From: an uncultured Burkholderiales bacterium
GTDB taxonomy: Bacteria; Pseudomonadota; Gammaproteobacteria; Burkholderiales; JALYOK01
Assembly (NCBI GenBank): GCA_964488915.1
Contig: CAZAWU010000004.1
Span: 1-53,961, forward strand
Length of the DNA stretch: 53,961 bases
Direction: 5' to 3'
Of this stretch, positions 43,841 through 52,501 are shown in pieces (positions within the stretch are counted from its first letter, which is position 1; each line of letters starts with the position of its first letter). A program made the position numbers and the translations under genes. Under the pieces are notes generated by a model. That model made no database searches. It saw only the letters and a program-made list of their open reading frames with translations, and had not been told where the DNA came from.

Positions 43841-45945
43841 GCAACGCATCCGAGCGTCGCAATAGTCAGTTCAAGCATGGTGGCGCCGCTCGCGCGCATC
43901 GTGGCTACACTGACGAAGAGATTGCGCGCATGGAAGCGGGGCCATCCGACGATGGCAGTCTGAGCGACGAAGAGATTGCCGCGCTTGAGGGTGCGCCGTC
44001 TGCCGATGATCGAAGCGAGGATGAGAAGGGGGCTGGGTGGGCGCTCAACATTCTCGACACGATTACGCCGTCGTGGGGTGATGAGATTGTCGCCGCACCG
44101 GCTGCGCTTTGGGGCGGGTATGACGAGGCCGTTGCCAAGGCGCGCAAAATTCAGCAGCGCTACCGCGAGCACGAAGAACCGTTTAGCGCTCGCAACGTCG
44201 GGTCTACCGCGCTCGGCATCGTTGGCGGTCTTGCCCCGGCAACCAAGGCTTACCAGGCTATCCGTGGCGTGGCGCGCATCCCGACCGCGGGGCAGGCGGC
44301 TAAGACGATACTGGGCCGCGGTGCCCAAGCGGCTGTAGGCGCCGGCGGCACGGGCGCGCTGTACTCAGAGATAGGTCAGGCTGGCGACGTTGAGGGCGGC
44401 ATTCCCGAGCGGCTCGAGGCGATAGGCGAGGGCGGCGCCGCGGTGCCGCTCATTGGCGCGACGCTAGGTGTCGCTGGCGGCGCTCTGGGTGGCGGTGTGG
44501 CTGGTGCCGGCCGTGTGGCTGGCAACCTCGTTCGCGGCGTAGTGGCGCCAAGACGGCAAGCGGCCCGGTATTTGGCCGAAAAGCTCGACGACGCGGCCAT
44601 GACGGCGGACGATTTGGGCCGGTCCTATGACGACGCGGCCGCGACCGGTAAGCCGGTGGTCTTGGCCGATGTGGGGCCGCAGGGCGTCAAGGGTGTGGCT
44701 GGCGACGTTGCCAGGACACCGGGGCCGGGCAAGGACTTGGCTCAGAAGGTCATCACGGGTCGCCAGGAAGGCCAGGTTGGCCGGGTCAGCGATGATCTGG
44801 CCGAAGCCGCCGGCGGCAAGCCAGGCACGTTTACCCAGACCGCGGACGATCTGGCGGCGCAGCGGGCAGAAGAGGCTAAGCCGCTTTATGACCGTGCTCT
44901 GGGCGGCAACAAGCTGGTCAAATCCGCCAAGGTGGTCGAAATCACGAACCGCCCAAGCGGCAAGACGGCTATGCAGCGCGGCCTCAAAATCGCGCAGGAT
45001 GAGGGCATTCCGGAAAGCGAGCTTGTGATCCGGGACGGCAAGGGCAACGTCGTCGGGTATTCCGCTAAGGCGCTGCACTACATGAAAATGGGCCTCGACG
45101 ACATGATCGAGAGCGCACGCCGGTCAGGCGATAACAGCGCCGCGCGCGCCTACACGATTATGAAGAACGAGCTGCTTGGCGAGATGGATCGGGCCATCCC
45201 CGGTTACAAGCAGGCGCGCGACGTCTTCGCCGGTCACTCCGCGAACAAGCGCGCGCTTGAGCTTGGGCGCGAGGCAGCCACGCCGTCGACGCATCCAGAC
45301 GAGATTGCGAAGACGCTTGCGGGTATGTCCACGAGCGAGCGCGAGTTCTTCCGCCGCGGCTTCGTGCAGCGCATGATCGAGATGGTCGAGAGTGCACCCG
45401 ACAAGGGCAACGCCATCGGCCGCATCTTCGGCAACAGCGCCAAGCGCGCTCGCCTTCGTGCCGTGCTCGGCGATGAGGAATACGCCAAGCTCGCCAAGCG
45501 CTTCGGCGTTGAGGAACAGATGTATGGCACGTATCAGCAAGCCAACATCGGCAGCCCAACGGCAGAACGGCTTGCCGCGCACAACGATCTCGATGACTTC
45601 GTAGTCACGCAATCCCCTGCCGTTGCCCAAGGTTTTGTCAGCTCACTGATGAGCGGGACCATCGGGCCGCTACTGCGGGCAATCGGCATGGACGGCCTAG
45701 CGCGCTTGCTGCGTGGCCTGCCGATCCGTGTGCGTGGCGAAATCAGCAAGATGCTGTTTTCGAATGACCCGAAGCAGGTCAAGGCCGCGCTTCAGGCCAT
45801 CGCCCGTGAAGCTAAGCACGTGAAATCGGCCAAGGCGAAGACGGATGCAACGATTGCCTCGCTTGGTTCGACGGAAGAAGGACAAACGGCAGGTGTAGCA
45901 GCCGCTACAACCGCTTACGGCTACGCGCCTTATCAGCCGTTTTAG
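43837..45945 (+). CDS. Large putative DNA-ejection protein
   Basis: 702 aa, Ala/Gly-rich helical; N-terminal (S/T)DEEIA repeats. Confidence 0.75.
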   Translation: MSNASERRNSQFKHGGAARAHRGYTDEEIARMEAGPSDDGSLSDEEIAALEGAPSADDRSEDEKGAGWALNILDTITPSWGDEIVAAPAALWGGYDEAVAKARKIQQRYREHEEPFSARNVGSTALGIVGGLAPATKAYQAIRGVARIPTAGQAAKTILGRGAQAAVGAGGTGALYSEIGQAGDVEGGIPERLEAIGEGGAAVPLIGATLGVAGGALGGGVAGAGRVAGNLVRGVVAPRRQAARYLAEKLDDAAMTADDLGRSYDDAAATGKPVVLADVGPQGVKGVAGDVARTPGPGKDLAQKVITGRQEGQVGRVSDDLAEAAGGKPGTFTQTADDLAAQRAEEAKPLYDRALGGNKLVKSAKVVEITNRPSGKTAMQRGLKIAQDEGIPESELVIRDGKGNVVGYSAKALHYMKMGLDDMIESARRSGDNSAARAYTIMKNELLGEMDRAIPGYKQARDVFAGHSANKRALELGREAATPSTHPDEIAKTLAGMSTSEREFFRRGFVQRMIEMVESAPDKGNAIGRIFGNSAKRARLRAVLGDEEYAKLAKRFGVEEQMYGTYQQANIGSPTAERLAAHNDLDDFVVTQSPAVAQGFVSSLMSGTIGPLLRAIGMDGLARLLRGLPIRVRGEISKMLFSNDPKQVKAALQAIAREAKHVKSAKAKTDATIASLGSTEEGQTAGVAAATTAYGYAPYQPF

Positions 45946-46243
45946 CGGCCGGGAACACGATCACGTTCGCCGCGCGCTTGACGCCCATGCGCGCCGCACG
46001 CTGACGAGCGCTAGGCTTGAAGTCGTCGGTTGCCACGCGCTTCCACTTCTTCTCAAGCGGTTGCGTTTCCGGTTCCGGCTCACGTGCCTCGACCTTGTGC
46101 CAATCCTCGACCCAACTCACATCGATGTTGGACACGATAGCCCCGGCAATGAGGCACAGAAGGCCGGGAACGCCAGCCGCAAGCCACGCAAGCGCGCAGA
46201 TGCTGAGCGAGACGAGCCAGGAATAAATCTCGGTGCGTGTCAT
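45905..46243 (-). CDS. Membrane-anchored hypothetical protein
   Basis: N-terminal hydrophobic helices; ATGA-coupled. Confidence 0.6.
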   Translation of the reverse strand: MTRTEIYSWLVSLSICALAWLAAGVPGLLCLIAGAIVSNIDVSWVEDWHKVEAREPEPETQPLEKKWKRVATDDFKPSARQRAARMGVKRAANVIVFPAAKTADKARSRKRL

Positions 46244-46488
46244 GTGCGGCCCTCTGCTTTGGCGATGGCGGCTTTGGCTTTGTCCCATGCGTTATGCTTT
46301 CGGTCGCTGATGCGGACCACTTCGCGCAGAGCTTCTAAAAGCTCCGGCGCTGCGGCGATAAGGCGGGCGTTGGCTTGCTCTGACCCTTCTGCAGGCCAGC
46401 AAGTAGCGATTGGGTCGGCGTGGATCATTGTCATCTTGACGACAATTAGCTTTACCGCAGTCCAAGGCCCTGGGGTGTAATTGGTCAT
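46240..46488 (-). CDS. Small conserved phage protein
   Basis: YTPGPW...EQANARLIAAAPELLEAL, a common early-gene motif. Confidence 0.8.
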   Translation of the reverse strand: MTNYTPGPWTAVKLIVVKMTMIHADPIATCWPAEGSEQANARLIAAAPELLEALREVVRISDRKHNAWDKAKAAIAKAEGRT

Positions 46489-46647
46489 TTGTCACCCCTC
46501 GGCCACCAAGGCGGACGGTATCCGCTCGACATGGCCAGCGTAGCGGTTGCAACAGGGCCGGTGATATCGATATCGCCAGCCTCGTATCGACGGACGGTGC
46601 GGCCCGGATCGCCGCGCGCGGATGCGTTTGAACTCCTCGGCCTTCAC
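46485..46647 (-). pseudogene. Frameshifted HTH regulator remnant
   Basis: MKAEEFKRIRAR in one frame, DPGRTVRRYEAGDIDITGPVA...WWPRGDK* in another; span 163 nt; both ends overlap neighbours. Confidence 0.7.
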
Positions 46648-46922
46648 CGTGACACCTTCACCGGCCGCACCATCGCCTCGCTGTGTGCCTCTTGTGCCTT
46701 ATCCCGCCAGTAAGCCCATGACGCATCGTGCAGCGCGTCGCTGATCACCTCGTCAAGTTCCTGGGCGCATTTCCGCAAGCCGTCATGTGACGATGTGCGA
46801 AGCAATTCGAGGCATTTGCGAAACTCGCGCACGGCGTCGTCTGCGACTTTGATGACGGGCATAGCCTCGCCAAGCTCGCGGACTTCGGTCGGCGCGACGA
46901 AGTTGTGAGAGACGTGCATCAC
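46644..46922 (-). CDS. Hypothetical protein
   Basis: Coupled in inverted cassette. Confidence 0.6.
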   Translation of the reverse strand: MMHVSHNFVAPTEVRELGEAMPVIKVADDAVREFRKCLELLRTSSHDGLRKCAQELDEVISDALHDASWAYWRDKAQEAHSEAMVRPVKVSR

Positions 46923-47104
46923 TCTTGATCCTCCTGCAAGTTTAACGAATTGACCGCGCGAACGATCAACTCTGCGTTTTTGTCATAATTCTCAAATCTC
47001 TCGTTCATCGTTGCGATGATGGTAATTCGCCCCTGCTTGTTCATTCGTGCGATGTGGAAACGCTCATGGACAAACCAGGGCTTTTTCGTTGCGACGTGGA
47101 TCAC
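46919..47104 (-). CDS. Hypothetical protein
   Basis: GTGA-coupled with GGAG SD. Confidence 0.6.
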   Translation of the reverse strand: MIHVATKKPWFVHERFHIARMNKQGRITIIATMNERFENYDKNAELIVRAVNSLNLQEDQE

Positions 47105-47310
47105 AGCGTTTCTCCCACTAGGGCAGATACGCTAACGCCGTAAGCCTTTGCTATGGCGCGCAACTTCGTGAGCGACGGCTCTTTGATCTTACCGGTCTCA
47201 ATCTGAGATAGGTAAGCGTTAGAAACGCCGCTTCTTGCCTCAAGGGCGCGGAGCGTCATGCCCCGGGCCTCTCGGTAAATCTTAAGTCTATCAGCGAGTG
47301 CTATGCTCAT
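47101..47310 (-). CDS. XRE-family HTH repressor-like protein
   Basis: RLKIYREARGMTLRALEARSGVSNAYLSQIETGKIKEPSL. Confidence 0.92.
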   Translation of the reverse strand: MSIALADRLKIYREARGMTLRALEARSGVSNAYLSQIETGKIKEPSLTKLRAIAKAYGVSVSALVGETL

Positions 47311-47316
47311 GCGGCG

Positions 47317-47345
47317 TATCTAAGCATACTTAGCAGAGCTTGCAA
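47317..47345 (-). promoter_or_regulatory. Promoter for probable leaderless XRE mRNA with operator-like palindrome
   Basis: TTGCAA-17 nt-TAGATA-6 nt-ATG; CTAAG-N4-CTTAG at 47320-47333. Confidence 0.6.
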
Positions 47346-47387
47346 CAGAAATCTGCGCAACAATCTTGCTTTCTATGAGGTAAACAA

Positions 47388-48950
47388 GTGCCCTGGGGTA
47401 CGACCACATTCAGCCTTTTGTATTCCTGGATTGCCCGCCGCGATGCAGGCTCGCCCACGAACATCATCGGCGCAACCGAGATGGAAGCGCAGGACCAGGA
47501 CTTCGCGGACGGTCTTGAAGCTTGTATCAAGCACAACGGCGATATCGCGGCGAGCGCGGCTTTGCCTATGGGCGGGTTTGCGCACACGAACGTAGGTGCC
47601 GCAACAGCGCGCACGCAGTACCTACGCGTTGCCGAGTTCCAAGACGGCGGGCACGTGTGGGTTGCTGGCGGCGGTACGGCCGATGCAATCACGGCCACCT
47701 ACTCGCCAGCCGTCACGTCGCTCACAAACGGCATGTGTTTGCGGTTCCGAGCGGCTTCGGCGAACGCAACCACAACGCCAACATTCGCGCCGAACGGCCT
47801 TACGGCCAAGACGATCATCAAGGGCGCGAGTACCTCGCTTGTCGCGAGCGACATTGCCGGGCAACATCACGAGTGCATCGTTCAATACAACAGTACCGAT
47901 GACAAATGGCATTTGCTCAATCCCGCCTATGCCGTCTTCTCTCCTGCTGCCGCGCCTCCTGATCTCGCGTCGCTGACGACGGACAGCACGGGCGGCGCAA
48001 CCGGCGACTTTCTGCCGTTCATCGACGTGTCCGAGGCTAACGCCGCGAATAAGGTCACGGTTCAGGATATCTTCACGAACGTTTTCGCCAACTTCACGGC
48101 AGACAGCACTGGCGGCGCTACATCCGACAAGTTGCTTTTCTCAGACGCGAGCGAGAGCAACGCGGCGCAGACGGTCACCGTTGACAATTTTGTGGTCAAC
48201 AGCTTGCAGCTACTGACCACGGACAGCACGGGCGGCGCAACGGGCGACCTTATCCCGTTCGTCGATGTGTCGGACAGCAACGCGGGCAACAAGGTCACGG
48301 TTGCCGATCTCTTCTACAACGCGATGAACAATGCGACGGCGGAAACGTCGTTACAGCCAGCCGCTGATCACCTCATCATTCGCGACAACAGCGCAAGCGC
48401 CTATCGCAAGATGCTCGCGCAGTACATCGGCGCAGGCAAGCAAACCATTTGGGTACCCGCCGGCGCTATGGTTGCGCGCACAACGAACGGCGCGGCAAGC
48501 GGTACGGTTGAGACGACGACAAATAAGGTGATGATCCGCACCTTGGACTTCGATGCATCAACGGCGGAATATGCGCAGTTCAGCGTGCAGATGCCGAAGG
48601 GGTGGAACGAGAGCACGGTTACGGCGCTTTTTGTGTGGTCACATCCATCCACAGCCACCAACTTTGCCGTGGTGTGGGGCATTCAGGGCCTAGCGGTGTC
48701 AGATGATGATGCGCTCGATACCGCCTTCGGTACGGCTCAAACCGTGACGGACACGGGCGGTACGACGAACGACATTTACCGTAGCTCGGAAACATCGGCT
48801 ATCACGCTTGCGGGCTCGCCGGCAGAGGGTGACGTCGCCATATTCCAGGTATATCGTGACGCGGCTGCGGGAGGGGACACTTTGGCGGTTGACGCTCGTT
48901 TGCACGGTGTTGCACTGTTCTACACCACGAACGCGAACACGGATGATTAG
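47388..48950 (+). CDS. Tail fibre/spike protein
   Basis: Anchor-like N-terminus (QDFADGL...G), 40-aa internal repeats, C-terminal beta-sandwich. Confidence 0.8.
   Translation: MPWGTTTFSLLYSWIARRDAGSPTNIIGATEMEAQDQDFADGLEACIKHNGDIAASAALPMGGFAHTNVGAATARTQYLRVAEFQDGGHVWVAGGGTADAITATYSPAVTSLTNGMCLRFRAASANATTTPTFAPNGLTAKTIIKGASTSLVASDIAGQHHECIVQYNSTDDKWHLLNPAYAVFSPAAAPPDLASLTTDSTGGATGDFLPFIDVSEANAANKVTVQDIFTNVFANFTADSTGGATSDKLLFSDASESNAAQTVTVDNFVVNSLQLLTTDSTGGATGDLIPFVDVSDSNAGNKVTVADLFYNAMNNATAETSLQPAADHLIIRDNSASAYRKMLAQYIGAGKQTIWVPAGAMVARTTNGAASGTVETTTNKVMIRTLDFDASTAEYAQFSVQMPKGWNESTVTALFVWSHPSTATNFAVVWGIQGLAVSDDDALDTAFGTAQTVTDTGGTTNDIYRSSETSAITLAGSPAEGDVAIFQVYRDAAAGGDTLAVDARLHGVALFYTTNANTDD
47960..48400 (+). 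repeat. Three 120-bp coding repeats plus one degenerate copy (approximate bounds)
   Basis: T(T/A)DSTGGAT(G/S)D...V(T)V units; ACGGACAGCACGGGCGGCGCAAC at 47979 and 48219. Confidence 0.85.
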
Positions 48951-48953
48951 TGA

Positions 48954-49625
48954 ATGTCGCTGCTAGTCAATCAGCTTATCGGCTTCGGTTCCGGCGCGTC
49001 GTTCAATCCGGTTACAAACGTCTATACGACGGGAACGGCAGCAAGCGAGACGGTTCCAACCGGGGCGTCATATTGCACCATGACAGTGTTCGGTTCCGGC
49101 TCTGGCGGTGGTCGACCGGATGGCACGGGCAATGGTGCGTCAGGCGGTGGGTCTGGTGGCTACGTACTGCTAACGCGTCAAGTTCTTCCCGGCGAATGGG
49201 GGTCAACGCTTACCTACACAGTTGGGCAAGGTGGTGCTGGCCGTACAGGATCAACCGGCAACGGCACGCTTGGTACGGACTCGACCATTTCAGGGACACT
49301 AAACGGCCTTGCAATCACAGTGAGTGCGCAGGCCGGTGTCACTGGTAAGAGTGCTGGCACGGCGGCCTCAGGCGGCGCAGCATCAGGCGGCGACACAAAC
49401 ACGAATGGCGGGGCGTCTGCCGCCTCTTCAACTGGATCAGGCACGGCCGGCGGTGACACGCCTAATGGTGGCGCCGGCGGCGCGGGTGGCGGAACAGCGC
49501 CAACAGCAGGTAGTAATGGCTCGTCGCCCGGCGGTGGTGGTGGCGGCGGCGGTAGTGATGGTGTTGGGGCAGGGGCAAATGGTGGGGCAGGCGCAAACGG
49601 GCGCATCACATTCGCGTGGACGTGA
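48954..49625 (+). CDS. Glycine-rich tail-associated protein
   Basis: LIGFG start; GGGGG tracts; GANGRITFAW end. Confidence 0.75.
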   Translation: MSLLVNQLIGFGSGASFNPVTNVYTTGTAASETVPTGASYCTMTVFGSGSGGGRPDGTGNGASGGGSGGYVLLTRQVLPGEWGSTLTYTVGQGGAGRTGSTGNGTLGTDSTISGTLNGLAITVSAQAGVTGKSAGTAASGGAASGGDTNTNGGASAASSTGSGTAGGDTPNGGAGGAGGGTAPTAGSNGSSPGGGGGGGGSDGVGAGANGGAGANGRITFAWT

Positions 49626-49628
49626 CAC

Positions 49629-50132
49629 ATGCCAACATGGCCTAAGCCTAACGAGCTCGTGAGCTATTACGGTGACCCGGATGCTGGTGGCGACGGTATC
49701 GCCGATCGTGTGTGGGAACTCGAAAACCTCGTCCGCTTCGCTCCGCCCTACAGCATGTACCTGGCATGGGCGCCGCACAAGAAGCTCAACTCCATCACGT
49801 GTCACAAGAAATGCGCAAGCTCGCTGCTCAAAATCCTCGAAAACATCCGCGACCATTACGGCTCACAGGGAGCGATCGAGAAAGCGCGCATGCACCTTTT
49901 TGGAGGGGCATACAATTTCCGCCTTTCACGCGGGTCAACGAAACTGTCGGAGCACGCCTACGGGGCAGCGATCGATTTGGATCCGGAAGCAAACCAAATG
50001 GGCCGCCCCTACAAGGAAACGCTCGGCATGATGCCGCAAGTGGTGGTCAACATCTTCAAAGCGGAGAGCTGGCGATGGGGCGGAAATTTCAAGCGCCCCG
50101 ACGCAATGCACTTCGGGGCGGTGTCGCCGTGA
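49629..50132 (+). CDS. Endolysin, M15-family peptidase
   Basis: YNFR...LSEHAYGAAIDL...WGGNFKRPDAMHF. Confidence 0.9.
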   Translation: MPTWPKPNELVSYYGDPDAGGDGIADRVWELENLVRFAPPYSMYLAWAPHKKLNSITCHKKCASSLLKILENIRDHYGSQGAIEKARMHLFGGAYNFRLSRGSTKLSEHAYGAAIDLDPEANQMGRPYKETLGMMPQVVVNIFKAESWRWGGNFKRPDAMHFGAVSP

Positions 50133-50452
50133 CAGTGATCGAGACAATATCCTTAACGGTTGTCACCGTCGGCGTTGGCTTCATGCTCCTCATTGCGTCC
50201 CCGATGCCACGCTTCAAGCCAGATCCGCCACCGGCTACAGACGAAAAACAACCGGCACGCGAAGTAATCATCGAAAGTCAGGATTTGCGCCCTGACGTGC
50301 ATCGGGTGCTGCCATTGCCGCAAGTGCCGCTTGATGATGAAATAACACCCGAAGCGCAAGCGGCGCTTACGACAATCGAGCAGCGCGTGCAAAACATCGT
50401 GGCCAGAACAAAGAGGATTGAGGCCAAGATCGACGAGCCTGCGAAGAAGTAA
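50129..50452 (+). CDS. Membrane-anchored protein with C-terminal coiled coil
   Basis: GTGA-coupled; N-terminal TM. Confidence 0.6.
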   Translation: MTVIETISLTVVTVGVGFMLLIASPMPRFKPDPPPATDEKQPAREVIIESQDLRPDVHRVLPLPQVPLDDEITPEAQAALTTIEQRVQNIVARTKRIEAKIDEPAKK

Positions 50453-50470
50453 CGAGGGGCTATTTGCGTC

Positions 50471-50719
50471 ATGGACTGGAAAGCCTGGATCGGGCCTGCG
50501 ACTTTGGTCTATGTGATCAGTGTTAGCGTTGCCGGTGTGTGGTGGGCGTCTGACCTCACGACGCGCATTTCGGCCGCGGAAAAACAAGTCACGACGTCGG
50601 CCGGCACGGCAGAGCGGATTGTGCGGCTTGAAGTACTGATCACTCACCTCGACAGCCAACTCAACCGGATCGAGAACAAGCTCGACCGGGATCGTACCGC
50701 GGGGGGATCGTCGCGGTGA
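50471..50719 (+). CDS. Membrane-anchored coiled-coil protein (holin/antiholin candidate)
   Basis: One TM then ERIVRLEV...IENKLD. Confidence 0.6.
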   Translation: MDWKAWIGPATLVYVISVSVAGVWWASDLTTRISAAEKQVTTSAGTAERIVRLEVLITHLDSQLNRIENKLDRDRTAGGSSR

Positions 50720-51042
50720 GCGGACTTACATTCATGGATCGAGCCTTTCCGTATTTGGTAGCCGTCGCGCTATCGACCTCTTTGGCCATCAATCTATTGT
50801 TGCTCGACGCGGTGGTTTCCAACCAACTCAAGCTGGCACTGATCGAGAGTAAGATTTCTGTGGGCACGGGTGATCGGTATCGGGCGGCCGATGCGCGCCG
50901 CGATTTTGAGCAAATCCGCAACTTAATCGCCCAAGACCGCAAAGCACTGGATGTGGCAGTGCAGACACGCGACGAGAAGTTGCTTGTGATAGAGCGGAAG
51001 TTGAAGGCAATAGAGGCGAAGCTTAACGAGAAATCGGAGTGA
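50716..51042 (+). CDS. Membrane-anchored coiled-coil protein
   Basis: One TM then helical domain. Confidence 0.55.
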   Translation: MSGLTFMDRAFPYLVAVALSTSLAINLLLLDAVVSNQLKLALIESKISVGTGDRYRAADARRDFEQIRNLIAQDRKALDVAVQTRDEKLLVIERKLKAIEAKLNEKSE

Positions 51043-51048
51043 TTTGAA

Positions 51049-51621
51049 ATGCGTCTTTCAGGAATTTTGCTTCTCGCAGTTGTCCTGACCCCATCCGCAT
51101 TTGCGCGTGACACATATGTTGGCGCTTACGGTGGCGCATCATGGGACGACGTGATCGAAGCTCCATTCGTTTCCGACAATCCTGGGATCGTGATCGGCGG
51201 CGTTCTCGGCACATCCATCCCCTCTGTGCCGGGTCTGTACGTCGAAGCTGACGTGTCTTTCCGCTCGAACGAGGTTGACTTGTTTGGCGGTGCTTTGACC
51301 GCCGATCACGACACTTTCGCCCTGTTGGGCAACGTCATGTATGCGACCGGCGTTGGCATCGATGGCGTGAAAATTTACGGTCTGGTCGGGGCAGGATACG
51401 GCAGAACCGAGGCAACGTTTGAGAACATCACCGTTCTTAACCTTTCGTCGGCCGGGTTTGCCTGGCAAGCGGGCGTAGGTCTCATGACGCCGGTGACGGA
51501 GGGCGTGACGGCCGGCCTCGGTTACAGGTTCCTTCAATCCCCAACCATTGACGTTCTGGGTACGGAGCTTAGTGACGGCCGCAACCACTCTGCCGTCTTG
51601 GAGCTTCGCGTCGCGCTGTAA
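51049..51621 (+). CDS. Outer-membrane 8-stranded beta-barrel protein (OmpA-TM/Lom-like)
   Basis: Signal peptide ending SAFA; YVGAYGG, YGLVGAGYG, FAWQAGVG, LGYRF, amphipathic last strand. Confidence 0.85.
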   Translation: MRLSGILLLAVVLTPSAFARDTYVGAYGGASWDDVIEAPFVSDNPGIVIGGVLGTSIPSVPGLYVEADVSFRSNEVDLFGGALTADHDTFALLGNVMYATGVGIDGVKIYGLVGAGYGRTEATFENITVLNLSSAGFAWQAGVGLMTPVTEGVTAGLGYRFLQSPTIDVLGTELSDGRNHSAVLELRVAL

Positions 51622-51633
51622 CGGGGTGGTGCG

Positions 51634-51720
51634 ATGAAAGACGGCAACCAACTGCTTCCATTGATGATGACGGCAACGCTGATCTTCGCTATATTGGCGT
51701 TCTGGCGGCTACACGCATAA
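51634..51720 (+). CDS. 28-aa single-TM micropeptide
   Basis: MKDGNQLLPLMMTATLIFAILAFWRLHA; GGTGGT upstream. Confidence 0.4.
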   Translation: MKDGNQLLPLMMTATLIFAILAFWRLHA

Positions 51721-51781
51721 GCAATGTTCCGCCTCACGGGGTGGCGGTAGGTAACCCCGCATCGATTGAGAGGGAATGCAC

Positions 51782-51970
51782 ATGACCGCTGTTTGGGAAT
51801 TTCTGGAAGGCAAGAAATCCTATCTCGTTGCCTTCATTGCCGCCGCTATCGGCCTGACAACCGCCATAGTTCCTGACTTCACCGTTCCAGAATGGGTGTG
51901 GTGGATCTTGAGCGCGGCCGGCCTTGGTGCCGTGCGCGCGGCGATCCCGCCGAAGCCGCCAACGCCGTGA
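51782..51970 (+). CDS. Holin candidate (2 TM)
   Basis: GKKSYLVA...WWILSAAGLGAVRAAI; directly before spanins. Confidence 0.65.
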   Translation: MTAVWEFLEGKKSYLVAFIAAAIGLTTAIVPDFTVPEWVWWILSAAGLGAVRAAIPPKPPTP

Positions 51971-52371
51971 CGACCGTCAAGCTCGGCGCGTACCTCATCG
52001 GCGCCCTTGCGCTCCTCTGGCTTGGATGGACGGTGGCCGGATGGGCGGCAGATTCCGCTAAGCTCGTCACCGTCGAGCAAGACCTTAGGATGGAGCGCGA
52101 CAAGCGAGCCGCATCCGAGCGTGCCCGCCAGAAGGCCGACGACGACCGCACACTGGCGTCAGCGCAGCTTGAGGTTTACCGGGAGCGAACCGAAGATGAA
52201 ATCGCATTGCTCAAGGCCCGCGTGCCGGTACTCGCTAACAACAGCGCTGCTTGCCGCTTTAGCGCTGACATCAGCCGCCTGCTCAACGATGCCAGACGTA
52301 GTTCAGGTGAACTGCCCAGCGCCCCCCGGCCAACTGTTGGTGGAACCATTATCTCTTCCGCCACTCCCTGA
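51967..52371 (+). CDS. Rz: Inner-membrane spanin
   Basis: N-terminal TM then coiled coil; overlaps o-spanin. Confidence 0.75.
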   Translation: MTTVKLGAYLIGALALLWLGWTVAGWAADSAKLVTVEQDLRMERDKRAASERARQKADDDRTLASAQLEVYRERTEDEIALLKARVPVLANNSAACRFSADISRLLNDARRSSGELPSAPRPTVGGTIISSATP

Positions 52372-52501
52372 ACGGGAAATGACGCAAGAGGAGGCCGTCG
52401 TGGCGTGGCTTGAGGACATCGAGCGGTTTCGCATCGTGCGTGACCGGCACAAGGCGCTCATTGGCTGGGGTCAGGTTCATTGCGGGTGGGCGGTGCCGTA
52501 A
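52196..52501 (+). CDS. Rz1: Outer-membrane lipoprotein spanin
   Basis: Hydrophobic signal with lipobox-like SAAC, Pro-rich mature part (CPAPPGQLL..LPPLP). Confidence 0.75.
   Translation: MKSHCSRPACRYSLTTALLAALALTSAACSTMPDVVQVNCPAPPGQLLVEPLSLPPLPEREMTQEEAVVAWLEDIERFRIVRDRHKALIGWGQVHCGWAVP

Noticed and set aside
49712-50128. N-terminal 139 codons of the 246-aa ORF overlapping the endolysin
   Set aside because: Looks like off-frame sequence; a coupled GTG at 50129 starts the plausible membrane protein.
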